The notes: a model not told the origin generated them from the letters alone. Counted from the stretch's first letter, positions 9,674-22,128 are shown. The stretch: 64,000 nucleotides of DNA from an uncultured Acidobacteriota bacterium (GCA_963764715.1 CAVXTP010000022.1:96001-160000), one strand, 5' to 3'. Made by a program: numbers and translations.

Positions 9674-10662
9674 ACTCCTACGAGGCGGCCGCCGCGCCGG
9701 CCGTTCGGCCCGGCGAGGCCCTCCTCGCCGGGCGGCGGCTGGCGGCCCGGCTGCTGCCCTACGGAAACGACGCCGGCGGGGGACCGCGGTTCGATCCCGT
9801 CGAGCGCCGGTTCGTTCTCGGATCCGCCGACCCGACCGTGCACGCGGGGCCGCACCGGGAGGCTGCATGGGTCGAGGCCCTCGGACGGGTGCCGGCGGGT
9901 CCCGTCCTCGTCGGGCCGCCCTCGCCGGGGGAAGCGGTCTGGGGCGCCTATCGCGCGGCCGCGGGCGCGGCGGTCTCGGCCGGGCGGCCGGTCTACCTCC
10001 TCGACGGCGACCCCGCCGGGTTGTCCGAGGGCGTCGGCGGCGAGGCCGTCCTGCTGTGCTCCTGGAAGCCCGGCCGCCACGCCACCGCCTTTCCGGGCCT
10101 TTCGGCGGCCCGGGCGGCGGGCCTCCGGTCGGCCGCCCTCTTTCCCCTCCTGCCGGGCTGGACGGCCGAGGACGACGCGCTCGCGGCCCTCGCCGAGGCG
10201 GCGGCGAAGGGTGGAGCGTCGGCGCTCTGCGCGGTCCCGCCCTTCGACGACGGCGAAAACCGCCGCGCCATCGTCGAAGCCCGGGCGGGGGTCGAGCCGG
10301 AGGCGGCCGACCGGTTCTTCGAAGTGATCCACCACGGGGACTGGCCCGACCGCCTGGCCTCCCGGATCGCGGCGGCCCGGTCGGCCGCCCGCCGGGAGGG
10401 CCTCGCCGTCCTTCCTCCGAGGCCCTCCGGCCGCGGCGCGCCGGCCGGCAACACGGCGGCCGCGGGAAGGCTCGAGGAGCAGGCCGAGCTCGAAGATCCG
10501 GGCGAGCACCGCGCCGCGCTCCTCTACGCGGCCGTGCGGTGGATCGACGAGTCCGCCCGGGACCTCGCCGCCGTGGCGCGCGAGGGGAACTTCCCGCGCA
10601 TCTTCCCGTTCGGCGGCGAGATCGGGGAAGCGGCCTCCGCGGCGCTCCTCGCGGCGCGATGA
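9670..10662 (+). CDS. Hypothetical protein, possibly a degenerate radical-SAM (PA0069/SPL-like) fold lacking the CxxxCxxC motif
   Basis: ATGA-coupled on both sides (ribE, hemW); segment LFPLLPGWTAEDDALAALAEAAAKGGA resembles the PA0069-family P-I/L-I/L-PG-x-TD motif. Confidence 0.6.
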   Translation: MNSYEAAAAPAVRPGEALLAGRRLAARLLPYGNDAGGGPRFDPVERRFVLGSADPTVHAGPHREAAWVEALGRVPAGPVLVGPPSPGEAVWGAYRAAAGAAVSAGRPVYLLDGDPAGLSEGVGGEAVLLCSWKPGRHATAFPGLSAARAAGLRSAALFPLLPGWTAEDDALAALAEAAAKGGASALCAVPPFDDGENRRAIVEARAGVEPEAADRFFEVIHHGDWPDRLASRIAAARSAARREGLAVLPPRPSGRGAPAGNTAAAGRLEEQAELEDPGEHRAALLYAAVRWIDESARDLAAVAREGNFPRIFPFGGEIGEAASAALLAAR

Positions 10663-11783
10663 CGGCCGGTCTCTACGTCCATCTTCCGTACTGCGCCTCG
10701 CGCTGCGGCTACTGCGCCTTCGTCGTGTCGACCGATGCGTCGGGACGCGATCGGTACCTCGCGGCGCTCGAGATGGAGGCGGCGCTGCTCGCGGAGGAGG
10801 CCCGCGGCGCGACGCTCGATTCCATCTACCTCGGGGGCGGGACGCCGTCGCTCCTGCCGGGCGAGGCGGTGGCGCGGCTCCTCGAGGCCCTCCGCGGCCG
10901 CTTCGCGATCGAGCCCTCGGCGGAGGTGACGCTCGAGGCCAACCCGGAGGACGTGACCCCCGCCGCGGCCCGCGCCTGGATCGCCGCGGGGGTCAACCGG
11001 ATCTCGGTCGGCGTTCAGTCCCTGGCGGACGCGGAGCTCGCCGCGGTCGGCCGGCGGCACGACGCCGCTCGCGCCCGCGCGGCCCTCGAGCTCCTGGCGG
11101 CGGAGGACGTCCCGACCTCGGGCGACCTCATCCTCGGACTGCCGGAGCAGACGCCCGAGACCTTCCGGGCGAGTCTCCTCGGCCTCGTCCGCTCGGGCGT
11201 CGAGCACGTCTCCGTCTACCTGCTCGAGGCGGAGAAGTCGAAGAGCCTCGAGGAGGACCGCCGCCAGCGGCCGGAGCGCTACCCGACCGACGACGCGCAG
11301 GCGGACATGTGGCTCGCGATGGGCGAGGCCCTCGCGCGGGAGGGCTTCGGCCACTACGAGATCTCCAACTGGGCGAGGCCCGGGCGCGAGGCGCGGCACA
11401 ACGTGAAGTACTGGCTCCGCGAGCCGACGCTCGGCCTCGGCGTGTCCGCCCACGAGCTCTGGGGCGGACGGCGGCGGGCCAACGTCTCGAGCCTCGAGCT
11501 CTACGTCGCAAAGCTCGAAGGCGGCGTCCGGCCGACGGCGCTCGACCGGCCGGTCGACCCCGAGGAATCCCGCCGCGAGGAGGTCTTCCTCGGCCTGCGC
11601 CTGGCGCGCGGAGTGGAGGCGCCGAAGATCGAAGCCCGGGTCGGTCTCGCCCGCGACCCGCGGCTGCCCGGGGACTACGCGGCCTGGCTCGAGACCGGCA
11701 TCCTGGAGCGCCGGGACGGCCGGGTGCGGTTCACGGAGCGGGGCTTTCTCGTCTCGAACGAGGTGCTGGCGCGGTTCGTCTGA
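10659..11783 (+). CDS. hemW: Radical SAM heme chaperone HemW (HemN-like)
   Basis: LYVHLPYCASRCGYCAF, YLGGGTPS, EANPE, YEISNWA and HNVKYW motifs. Confidence 0.92.
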   Translation: MTAGLYVHLPYCASRCGYCAFVVSTDASGRDRYLAALEMEAALLAEEARGATLDSIYLGGGTPSLLPGEAVARLLEALRGRFAIEPSAEVTLEANPEDVTPAAARAWIAAGVNRISVGVQSLADAELAAVGRRHDAARARAALELLAAEDVPTSGDLILGLPEQTPETFRASLLGLVRSGVEHVSVYLLEAEKSKSLEEDRRQRPERYPTDDAQADMWLAMGEALAREGFGHYEISNWARPGREARHNVKYWLREPTLGLGVSAHELWGGRRRANVSSLELYVAKLEGGVRPTALDRPVDPEESRREEVFLGLRLARGVEAPKIEARVGLARDPRLPGDYAAWLETGILERRDGRVRFTERGFLVSNEVLARFV

Positions 11784-11789
11784 GCGGGA

Positions 11790-11849
11790 AGGGCGGCCGC
11801 AAGGGCCGCCCCGACTCCTGACGCCGGGGCGGGACCTGTCCCCGCCCCG
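11790..11849. terminator. Two GC-rich hairpins between convergent hemW and hppA (putative bidirectional terminator)
   Basis: gggcggcc-gcaag-ggccgccc and cggggcggg-acctgtc-cccgccccg inverted repeats; no U-tract. Confidence 0.5.
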
Positions 11850-11865
11850 ATGAGACCTCCGCGAA

Positions 11866-14023
<2,158 letters not shown>

Positions 14024-14147
14024 TCGTCCAACTCCTGTTTTGTCGTGGTTCTGCGGGTCGCCCCTGACGGGGCGGACCGGCGGGGGAGGATATCAGAAGG
14101 CCGGCTCCGGGAAGGCCCTCCGGGGTCGGGGAGCGCGGGCCCCGGGT

Positions 14148-14570
14148 CTACTGTCCGACGGGCACGGCCTCCATCACGATGCCGATGTTCTTGGCGCCGG
14201 CGTTGCGGCAGCGATCCATGACCTGGATGACTTCGCCGTACGTCGCGCCGTCGTCGCCCGAGAAGAAGATCGTCTTGTTGGCGCGGTTCTTCAGGATTTC
14301 GGTCAGCCGGAGCGAAAGGACCTGCGGGCTGACCTCGTCCTTGTTGAGGTAGATCTTGTTCGTCGCGGTCAGCGACACGATGATCAGGTCCGCCGGAGGG
14401 GGCGAGTCCTGGGGCTGGTTGACCTTCGGCGGGACTTTGACGTCGTAGCCCATCTGCAGGAGCGGCGTGATGACCATGAAGATGATCAGGAGCACCAGCA
14501 CCACGTCGACGAGCGGCGTGATGTTGATGTCGCTCTTGTATTCGCCGGCGCCTCCGACTCCCATGGCCAT
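14148..14570 (-). CDS. Biopolymer transport protein ExbD/TolR
   Basis: DINITPLVDVVLVLLIIFMV motif. Confidence 0.93.
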   Translation of the reverse strand: MAMGVGGAGEYKSDINITPLVDVVLVLLIIFMVITPLLQMGYDVKVPPKVNQPQDSPPPADLIIVSLTATNKIYLNKDEVSPQVLSLRLTEILKNRANKTIFFSGDDGATYGEVIQVMDRCRNAGAKNIGIVMEAVPVGQ

Positions 14571-14598
14571 GCGGATGCTCTCCTTAGAAGCGGGCGGC

Positions 14599-15036
14599 CT
14601 AGCCGCCGACGCCCTTCTGCTTTTTCTCGGCGATGAGCCCGACGTCCTGGAAGCCCGCGTCCTTGGTCATCTTGAAGACTTCCTTGACGTCGCTGTACTT
14701 CAGGCGCTGATCGGCCTTGATGACGAGCTCGGCCGAGGGGTTGCGCTGGTACAGCTCATCGAGGGCGTTCTGGAACTCCGCCTTCGACATCTGCTTCGGG
14801 TTGTCCATGTAGTAGCCCGGGGGATTCGTGTACGAGACGGAGATCATCTTCTGCTTGCTCGACTCGGGCTTCTTGTCGGGGTTCTCGGCCTGCGGGATCT
14901 GGACGCTGACGCCCTTCTGGAGCATGGGCGTGACGACCATGAAGATGATGAGCAGGACGAGGCACACGTCGACGAGCGGCGTGACGTTGATGTCGCTCTG
15001 AAGCTTGTCGCGGCCTCCGCCGCCTCCCATGCCCAT
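14599..15036 (-). CDS. Biopolymer transport protein ExbD/TolR
   Basis: DINVTPLVDVCLVLLIIFMV motif; IKAD. Confidence 0.93.
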   Translation of the reverse strand: MGMGGGGGRDKLQSDINVTPLVDVCLVLLIIFMVVTPMLQKGVSVQIPQAENPDKKPESSKQKMISVSYTNPPGYYMDNPKQMSKAEFQNALDELYQRNPSAELVIKADQRLKYSDVKEVFKMTKDAGFQDVGLIAEKKQKGVGG

Positions 15037-15046
15037 GACGGATCTC

Positions 15047-15742
15047 CTATGCGCTCAGCTGGGCGCCGGCGCCGCGACGCTTGATGAAGTAGTCGATCAG
15101 CTCGTTGGAGGAGTTCGACATCTCGACCTGGAACCGCTCGATGTTGTTCATGAAGATGTTGAACATCCACACGGCCGGGATCGCGACGAAGAGGCCGAGG
15201 GCCGTCGTGACGAGGGCCTCGGCGATTCCGGCGGAGACGGCCGCGATGCCGCCCGATCCGCTCATGGCCATTCCGCGGAACGCGTTGATGATGCCGATGA
15301 CCGTTCCGAAGAGGCCGATGAAGGGGGCCGTCGTGCCGATCGTCGCCAGGCCCGAGAGGCCCTTCTTCATGTCGGCGGTCGTGACCAGGACCTCGCGCTC
15401 GATGGCCCGCTCGGCGGCCTCGATCATGTCGTGGCCCTTGATGCCCGAGCCCCCGCTCTTCAGGTCGTGGGCGAACTCGTACAGGCCGGCCGAGAGCACG
15501 CGGGCGACGTGGCTGTTCTTGTATTTCTTCGAGGCGTCGATGGCTTCCTGGAGCTTGTCCTGCTTCAGGAACGTGGTGACCATCTTCGCGTAGGCCACCG
15601 ACTGGTTGCGCGCCTTCCGGTAGTAGAGGAAGCGCTCGAAGGCCACGGTCAGCGAATAGATCGACATGATGATCAGGAGAACCACGACGCCCTTGGCGAT
15701 CGGGGTCATCTGGTTCCACAGGTGGATGGGATCAAAACTCAT
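15047..15742 (-). CDS. MotA/TolQ/ExbB proton channel protein
   Basis: LATIGTTAPFIGLFGTVIGII and GIAEALVTTALGL motifs. Confidence 0.95.
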   Translation of the reverse strand: MSFDPIHLWNQMTPIAKGVVVLLIIMSIYSLTVAFERFLYYRKARNQSVAYAKMVTTFLKQDKLQEAIDASKKYKNSHVARVLSAGLYEFAHDLKSGGSGIKGHDMIEAAERAIEREVLVTTADMKKGLSGLATIGTTAPFIGLFGTVIGIINAFRGMAMSGSGGIAAVSAGIAEALVTTALGLFVAIPAVWMFNIFMNNIERFQVEMSNSSNELIDYFIKRRGAGAQLSA

Positions 15743-15787
15743 GAGACGCTCCTCCTCAAATTTGCCGTCGCGCTCAACTCTACAATC

Positions 15788-16516
15788 CTAGTTCAACCGG
15801 AAGGTCACCGTCACGGTCAGGTAGACGCGAACCGCCCGGCCGTTCAGGGTGGCGGGCTTGTACTTCCACTGCTGCACCGCGCGCACCGCCGAGGCGTCGA
15901 GAAGGGGGTTGACCGACTTCAGGACCCGGACGTCCTCGACGTTGCCCTCGGCCGTGATGATCGCCTCGAGGATCACGACGCCTTCCATGCGGGCCTTGCG
16001 GGCCGCTTCGGGGTACTGCGGCTCGATGCGCGAGGAGAGCACGGGGGCCTTGACGTCGCCGCCGACCCGCAGGGGCTCGGCGCCGCCGCCGGCGCCGGTC
16101 CCGCCGACCACGCCTCCCATGACGCCGCCGGGCACGCCGCCCTCGACCCCGCCCTCGACACCCCCCTCGACGCCCGTGCTGGGCGCCGCTTCGGGCTCGG
16201 CCAGGGGGGCGGGAACGGACTCCGGAACGACCATGGGCTGGGACATTTCGGTCGGCCTGGTCTGGACGGGCTTCTGCGGTTCCGCCGCCTTGGGCGCGGC
16301 CTTGGGGGCCGCCGGGGGCGGGGGAGGCGGCGGGGGAGCCGCGGCGTAGAAGGTCACCGGGATCGGCGGCTCGGGCACGTCGCCGACGAACCAGATCGAG
16401 GCCCCGAGCGCGATTCCGATGACCAGCCCGTGAATCAGCACGGAGACCGGGAAGGACAGGGCCTTCCGCGATCCCCCCGCCTGATGGGTCGATTCGATGA
16501 GTGACGCTTCAAACAT
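15788..16516 (-). CDS. Energy transducer TonB
   Basis: N-terminal TM with His, Pro-rich linker, GGVxGG repeats and C-terminal YPEAARKARMEGVV TonB domain. Confidence 0.92.
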   Translation of the reverse strand: MFEASLIESTHQAGGSRKALSFPVSVLIHGLVIGIALGASIWFVGDVPEPPIPVTFYAAAPPPPPPPPAAPKAAPKAAEPQKPVQTRPTEMSQPMVVPESVPAPLAEPEAAPSTGVEGGVEGGVEGGVPGGVMGGVVGGTGAGGGAEPLRVGGDVKAPVLSSRIEPQYPEAARKARMEGVVILEAIITAEGNVEDVRVLKSVNPLLDASAVRAVQQWKYKPATLNGRAVRVYLTVTVTFRLN

Positions 16517-16549
16517 GGACGATCCCCCCGACCCAGTGAGACACCGGAC

Positions 16550-17416
16550 CTACTTGCTCGGTTCCGGAGTCGCCTGGGCGGCCTCCGCCTTCGCCTTCTC
16601 CTGCGCCGCCTTACGCAATTCCAGCGCCTGCTGGAGGTACTTGTTCGCCGTGTCCGTGTACTCCTGCTTCTTGGCCGGGTCCGTCTCCATCTTTGCCTTT
16701 TCGCGGTAGAGGAGGTTGATGTAGGAGATGGCCTCGAAGTAGTCGGGCTTGATCTCGACGGCCTTGTTCAGGGCGGCCATTCCCTCGTCGACGAGCTTGC
16801 CCCGCACGGCCGGATCCGTGTCGGGGAAGTTGTAGGAGCGGTCCCACGCCTGCACGCCGATCAGGTAGTAGACCTCGGCGCGCTCGGGGTCGGTGGTGAC
16901 GACGTTGAGCCGCTCCTTGAGCCACTTGACGCCGTTGTCGAAGTCGCCCTTCTTGAAGTAGAGCATCGCGAGCGACTGCATCGCCTTGCTGTCCTTCGGG
17001 TTCCGCTTCAGCAGCTCGTTCTGGTAGAAGGCGATAGCGTCGTCGTAGCGCTCCGTGTTCAGGTACATCGAGACCAGGTATTCGAGGGACTTCTGGTCGT
17101 CGGGGTAGGCCGCGACGTACTGCTTCAGGTTCTCGATCGCCTTCTGGGCGTACTCGAGGTCCTTCGGGTGCTTGGACCCCGGCTGGTACATCCCCATGTA
17201 GGCGATCCCGATGTGCTTGTGGAGCTTGTCCTCGCTCGGGTCGAGCCGCAGGGCCTCCTGGTAGGCCGAGAGGGCGCTCTGGTACTGGGCCGCTTTCAGG
17301 AACTCGTTGCCCCGCTTGATCTCCTGCTTGGACTTGAGCTTGTTGCAGCCGGCGGACGCGAAGACTGCGAGGAGGAGTATGGCGGCCGTGGCCGCACGTT
17401 GCCTTGCGCGTGGCAT
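16550..17416 (-). CDS. TPR-repeat lipoprotein heading the TonB/ExbBD operon
   Basis: Lipobox SAGC after a hydrophobic stretch; TPR repeats; start taken at ATG 17416. Confidence 0.85.
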   Translation of the reverse strand: MPRARQRAATAAILLLAVFASAGCNKLKSKQEIKRGNEFLKAAQYQSALSAYQEALRLDPSEDKLHKHIGIAYMGMYQPGSKHPKDLEYAQKAIENLKQYVAAYPDDQKSLEYLVSMYLNTERYDDAIAFYQNELLKRNPKDSKAMQSLAMLYFKKGDFDNGVKWLKERLNVVTTDPERAEVYYLIGVQAWDRSYNFPDTDPAVRGKLVDEGMAALNKAVEIKPDYFEAISYINLLYREKAKMETDPAKKQEYTDTANKYLQQALELRKAAQEKAKAEAAQATPEPSK

Positions 17417-17687
17417 GCTTCGCTTCGCTCCTTGCCTTTCTTTTCCCACCGGGCTCGAGTCGGCCCGCCCCCGGAGGGCCGAATTCTGTTGAATTCCCCT
17501 CGACAAAGCAACAGAGTTTTTTTCAATCCGGACGGGCACGCCGAAACGCGCTTCGTTCGGTGCGAAAGCGCCGACGGCGGCGGCGCCGAAGGACGCCGGA
17601 CCCCGCGCCCCGGACGCCGAGGCCCTTCCGAGGTCGGGGAATAATGTCGCCGCCAGCAGCGCTTTGCGCTCACAGGAGGATCCCCAT

Positions 17688-19457
17688 TTGAGACGTCTCG
17701 TCGCCGCCCTCGTGCTCGCCGCCCTCGCTCCGGGAGCCGCCCCGGTCACCGCTCAGCAGGCGCCCGCGGCCCCCACCCCGGCGGCCGGCGCAGGCCAGCA
17801 GAAACCGGCTCCGGAAAGGGCGTTTCCTCCCTTCATCGAGACGGTCGACGTCTCCGTGACGAGCATCGAGGTCGTCGTGACCGACTCCAAGGGGCAGCGC
17901 GTCGCGGGCCTGACTCCGGCGGACTTCGAGGTCAAGCAGGACGGCATTGCCCAGAAGATCACCAACTTCTACGCCGTCGCCGGCGGCAAGCTCTTCCTGG
18001 AGGACGGCACGACCCTCGACCTCGGCAAGAAGGAGGTCGCGGCGGAGGTCCCCCGCGACGTCAAGGCCCGGTACATCTTCTACGTCGACAACCTGAACAT
18101 CCAGCCCATGAACCGCAACCGGATGTTCAAGCGCCTGAAGGAATTCGTGGCCGAGGTCATCGGGCCCAACGCCGAGGGCATGGTGGTCACGTTCAACCGC
18201 TCGCTCAAGGTGCGCCGGCAGTTCACGTCGGAGGTCAACGACCTCATCGGGGCGATCGACGAGATCGAGCTCGAGAGCGCCGGCGGCACCACGGCGAAGG
18301 GCGAGTGGAAGGACGCGCTCGACAAGATCTCCAACTCCAAGACCTCGAACGAGGCGATCAGCGCCGTCCGGATGTACGCCCAGTCGGTGCGCAACGACAT
18401 GGAGTTCACGATCGACGCGATCAAGCAGACCCTCGACAGCATGGCGGGGCTGCAGGGACGCAAGAGCCTGCTGTACATGTCCGAGGGCCTGCCGGCGTCG
18501 GCCGGCTACGAGCTCTTCAACGTCATCCGCGAGAAGTTCCAGGACACGGCGGCCACGATGGAGCAGTTCGACTTCGACCTGAACACCAAGTACGTCAAGA
18601 TCGTCCAGTCGGCCAACGCGAACGGCGTCACGATCTACACGCTCGACGCGTCGGGCCTGACGACGAGCGACGTGCTGTCGGCGGACACCCGGGGCGGCGG
18701 AGGGGGCCGGAACGACAACATCCACGTCGACGAGTTCCAGATGCGGCAGAACATGCAGGGCCCCATCCGGATGATGGCCGAGGAGACCGGGGGCAAGGCC
18801 ACGGTCAACTCCAACGACTGGAAGGCCGGCCTCGACGACATCGCGGCCGACTTCTCCAACTACTACTCGATCGGCTTCCGGAGCGCCCGCGGCGTGGCCG
18901 ACCGCCCCCACAAGATCGACGTCGAGGTCAAGCGCAAGGGCCTGACCGTGCGGACCCGCACGAGCTACGTCGAGAAATCGATCGAGACGCGCACGGCCGA
19001 GGCCGTCGTCGCGAGCCTCTCGTACAGCCGGACGGACAACCCGCTGCAGGCGAGCCTGTCGGTCGGCAAGGCAAAGCCCCACGACCGCCAGAACTACTCG
19101 CTTCCCGTGCGGATTTCCATCCCCATCTCCAAGCTCGGCCTCGTTCCGGCGGGAGACCAGTACGAGGGCCAGTTCCTGGTCTACTTCGTCGTGCGCGACG
19201 CCTCGGGAAACCAGTCCGACCTCTCCATCCAGCGCCAGGAGGTCCACATTCCGTCCAAGGACCTCGACGTGGCGCAGCGCAAGGACTTCTACTACGACGC
19301 CACGCTGCTCGTCGTGCCCGGCGGCCAGAAGCTCGCGGTCGGGGTACGGGACTCCGTCTCCAACCTGACCTCGTTCCTGCAGAAGCAGGTCTTCGTCTCG
19401 GTGCTTCCCGACGAGCCCAGGCCGGCGGCCGACCCCGCGAAACCCGGCACCCCGTAG
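17688..19457 (+). CDS. Secreted VWA-domain protein (Acidobacteria VWFA-related type)
   Basis: AGGAGG SD then TTG 17688; signal peptide; VVVTDSKGQRVAGLTPADF, GRKSLLYMSEG and MAEETGG motifs. Confidence 0.85.
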   Translation: MRRLVAALVLAALAPGAAPVTAQQAPAAPTPAAGAGQQKPAPERAFPPFIETVDVSVTSIEVVVTDSKGQRVAGLTPADFEVKQDGIAQKITNFYAVAGGKLFLEDGTTLDLGKKEVAAEVPRDVKARYIFYVDNLNIQPMNRNRMFKRLKEFVAEVIGPNAEGMVVTFNRSLKVRRQFTSEVNDLIGAIDEIELESAGGTTAKGEWKDALDKISNSKTSNEAISAVRMYAQSVRNDMEFTIDAIKQTLDSMAGLQGRKSLLYMSEGLPASAGYELFNVIREKFQDTAATMEQFDFDLNTKYVKIVQSANANGVTIYTLDASGLTTSDVLSADTRGGGGGRNDNIHVDEFQMRQNMQGPIRMMAEETGGKATVNSNDWKAGLDDIAADFSNYYSIGFRSARGVADRPHKIDVEVKRKGLTVRTRTSYVEKSIETRTAEAVVASLSYSRTDNPLQASLSVGKAKPHDRQNYSLPVRISIPISKLGLVPAGDQYEGQFLVYFVVRDASGNQSDLSIQRQEVHIPSKDLDVAQRKDFYYDATLLVVPGGQKLAVGVRDSVSNLTSFLQKQVFVSVLPDEPRPAADPAKPGTP

Positions 19458-19483
19458 GCCGGGGGCGGGCGGATAATCCGGCC

Positions 19484-21040
19484 GTGCTTCCCGTCCTCGA
19501 CGCGCGGCGAATGCGGGCGGCGGACGCCGCGGCGATCGGCGGCGGCGTCCCGTCGGACGCCCTGATGGAGAGCGCCGGGTCGGCGCTCGCCGACGAGCTC
19601 CTCCGCCGGTTCCCGGGCTGGAAACGGGTGACCGTGGTCTGCGGTCCGGGCAACAACGGCGGGGACGGGCTCGTTGCGGCGCGACGGCTGGCGGGGTCCG
19701 GAGTCGGAGTCGCGCTCTACACGCTGCGGGAGCCCGAGGCGTACGGCGGCGACCCCGCCCGGAATCTGCTCCGGGCCCGGGCCTACGGGCTCTCGGCGCG
19801 CTGGATCGGCGGGCCCGGTCTCGGTGCGCTGCGCCGCGACCTCGCCGGGAGCGACGGCGTCGTGGACGCGCTCTTCGGCACCGGGCTGACGCGGCCGCTC
19901 GACGGGACGGCGCGCCGAGCCGTCGAGGCGATTCGCCGGAGCGGACGCCCGGTCGTCGCGGCCGACGTTCCGTCCGGTCTTTCCTCCGACGGCGGGGCGC
20001 TGCGTGGAGTCGCCGTGCGAGCGGACCTCACGGTCGCCTTCGGCGCGCCAAAGCCGTGCCACCTGCTCGGGCCGGCCTCCACGCTCTGCGGCCGGCTCGT
20101 GGTCGCGGACATCGGGATCCCGCGGAGGGTCCTCGAGGCGCGCGGGTCGAAGTTGTTTCTCGCCGAGGCGGGCGACGTCGCCGAGAGCCTTCCTTCGCGC
20201 CCCCTCGATTCGAACAAGGGGGACTTCGGGAGGGTCGCGGTGATCGCAGGCTCGCGCGGCAAGGCGGGCGCGGCGGTCCTCGCCGCCCGGGGCGCTTTGC
20301 GGGGAGGGGCCGGGCTCGTGACCGTCTTCGGGACCGAGGCCGTCGCGGCGTCGGTGGTCGCGGCGCTGCCCGAGGCGATGACGCACGTCCTGCCCGAGAC
20401 CGCGGGCGTCCTGGCCGAGCGGGGAGTGCGCGACGCGGTCCGCGCCCTGAAGGGCTTCGACGCGGCCGCCGCCGGTCCGGGTCTCGGAACTTCGGCCGGG
20501 ACGGTCGCGTTTCTCGAGGGCCTCCTGCGCTCGACGCGCCTGCCCTTCGTTCTCGATGCCGACGCGTTGAACGCTTTCGCGGGCCGCCCGGGCGCCCTCG
20601 CGCGCCGGCGCGGCTCCCTCGTGCTGACGCCGCACCCGGGGGAGGCCGGCCGCCTGCTCGGCCGCACGTCGCGGGAGGTCCAGGCCGACCGGCTCGGCGC
20701 CGTCCGGGACCTCGCCCGGCGGACGCGGTCCGTCGTGGTCCTCAAGGGCGCGCACACCCTCGTGGCCGAGCCCGATGGAACGGTCGCGGCGAATCCGACG
20801 GGAACGCCGCTCCTCGCGACGGCCGGCTCGGGCGACGTCCTCGCGGGTCTCCTCGCGGCGATGCTCGGCGGCGGGCTCGCGCCCCGGGCGGCGGCCGTCG
20901 CGGCGGCCTGGCTCCACGGCGCGGCGGCCGAGGCGCTGGAGTCTCGTCTCGGCGACGCGGGCCTGCTCGCGCACGAGATCGCCGACGCGGTGCCGGGAGT
21001 CCGGCGCGGACTGCGCACGACGGCCGGTCCCCGTGGATAG
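19484..21040 (+). CDS. nnr: Bifunctional NAD(P)H-hydrate epimerase/dehydratase
   Basis: LMESAG, GPGNNGGDG, DALFGTG, DVPSG, GPGLG, DADALN, TPHPGE and AGSGDVLAG motifs. Confidence 0.95.
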   Translation: MLPVLDARRMRAADAAAIGGGVPSDALMESAGSALADELLRRFPGWKRVTVVCGPGNNGGDGLVAARRLAGSGVGVALYTLREPEAYGGDPARNLLRARAYGLSARWIGGPGLGALRRDLAGSDGVVDALFGTGLTRPLDGTARRAVEAIRRSGRPVVAADVPSGLSSDGGALRGVAVRADLTVAFGAPKPCHLLGPASTLCGRLVVADIGIPRRVLEARGSKLFLAEAGDVAESLPSRPLDSNKGDFGRVAVIAGSRGKAGAAVLAARGALRGGAGLVTVFGTEAVAASVVAALPEAMTHVLPETAGVLAERGVRDAVRALKGFDAAAAGPGLGTSAGTVAFLEGLLRSTRLPFVLDADALNAFAGRPGALARRRGSLVLTPHPGEAGRLLGRTSREVQADRLGAVRDLARRTRSVVVLKGAHTLVAEPDGTVAANPTGTPLLATAGSGDVLAGLLAAMLGGGLAPRAAAVAAAWLHGAAAEALESRLGDAGLLAHEIADAVPGVRRGLRTTAGPRG

Positions 21041-21509
21041 CCGGGAATTCGTGACGCGCTCGGAATCCGAGACGGAGGCGCTCGGAGTCCGGCTGGCCGA
21101 GTCGCTGTCGGCGGGCTCGGTCGTCTACCTCCAGGGCGAGCTCGGCGCCGGCAAGACGGCGCTGGCGCGCGGGATCGCCCGGGGACTCGGCGCGCCGGGG
21201 CGCGAGGTCGCGTCGCCGACGTTCGCGCTGCTTCACGAGTACGCCGGGAGCGACGGCCGGATCGTTCTCCGGCACCTCGACCTCTACCGGCTCCGGGACG
21301 ATCCGCGGGAGCTGGAGCCTCTGGGCCTCCCGGAATCGGTCGCCGGGGCGCCCGTGTGCGTGGAGTGGCCGGGAGCGGCCATACGCGCGGCGCTGCCGCC
21401 GACCCTGGAGGTCCGCCTCGACGCGCTTCCGGACGACGGCCGGCGGATCCGCTTCGCCCCGCCGGCCGCCCCGCCGGGTCGAGCCACCGCCGCTAGAACG
21501 CGACGATGA
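21033..21509 (+). CDS. tsaE: tRNA t6A biosynthesis ATPase TsaE
   Basis: GELGAGKT, VASPTF, HLDLYRL and VEW motifs; follows nnr as usual. Confidence 0.93.
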   Translation: MDSREFVTRSESETEALGVRLAESLSAGSVVYLQGELGAGKTALARGIARGLGAPGREVASPTFALLHEYAGSDGRIVLRHLDLYRLRDDPRELEPLGLPESVAGAPVCVEWPGAAIRAALPPTLEVRLDALPDDGRRIRFAPPAAPPGRATAARTRR

Positions 21510-22128
21510 ATCCGCCGTTGGCGGAGAAGTTCGTCAGCCAGTTGCTCTGCGTGCAGTAGTAGTACGGCCCGCAGAGAACGGTCGTGTCGCTGAGCCACGT
21601 CGAGTAGGAGCGGCCGTCGATCCGCAGCGCGAAGTGCGGGTCGAAGAAATACTTGATCCCGCCGCCGATTCCGGCCGTGAAGCGCGTGTCGGAGGCGGTG
21701 TTGAAGTTCTGGATCTCCGGCTTGAGGTTCGCGGCGCCGGCCCCGATCGTGAAATACGGGACGAGCCGGCTGTGGCCGAAGTTGAACGTGGCGTAGCCCA
21801 TGTAGTACTGGAGCCGGAGGTCGCCGATGTTGAGGTCCGGATCGAAGTTCGTCTCGCTGTCGAGGTGGAGGCTGGTCTTGTCGTAGCCGTACTCGAACTC
21901 GATCTCGAAGAGGCTCGTGATGTTGAAGCCGAGGCGGCCGCCGTAGATCGGGTCGTCGTCGACGCCGACCCGATAGGGCGTGAAGTCGACCTGGGCGTCG
22001 CCGAAGTTACCGCCGAAGAGGTAGCCCGCGTACGGGTTGATCTCGAACGTGCCCGCGCGGATCTGGCCCCGCGCCGATGCGGCGGCCGCCGCGAGAACGA
22101 GGGCGAGAAGGGCGATGCGGGATTTCAT
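21493..22128 (-). CDS. Outer-membrane beta-barrel protein (8-stranded type)
   Basis: Signal peptide, alternating aromatic beta-strands (PYFTIGAG, GGGIKYFF) and C-terminal Phe. Confidence 0.85.
   Translation of the reverse strand: MKSRIALLALVLAAAAASARGQIRAGTFEINPYAGYLFGGNFGDAQVDFTPYRVGVDDDPIYGGRLGFNITSLFEIEFEYGYDKTSLHLDSETNFDPDLNIGDLRLQYYMGYATFNFGHSRLVPYFTIGAGAANLKPEIQNFNTASDTRFTAGIGGGIKYFFDPHFALRIDGRSYSTWLSDTTVLCGPYYYCTQSNWLTNFSANGGFIVAF

Noticed and set aside
16100-16340. Short tandem repeats in tonB (GGVEGG, poly-Pro)
   Set aside because: Normal low-complexity TonB linker.
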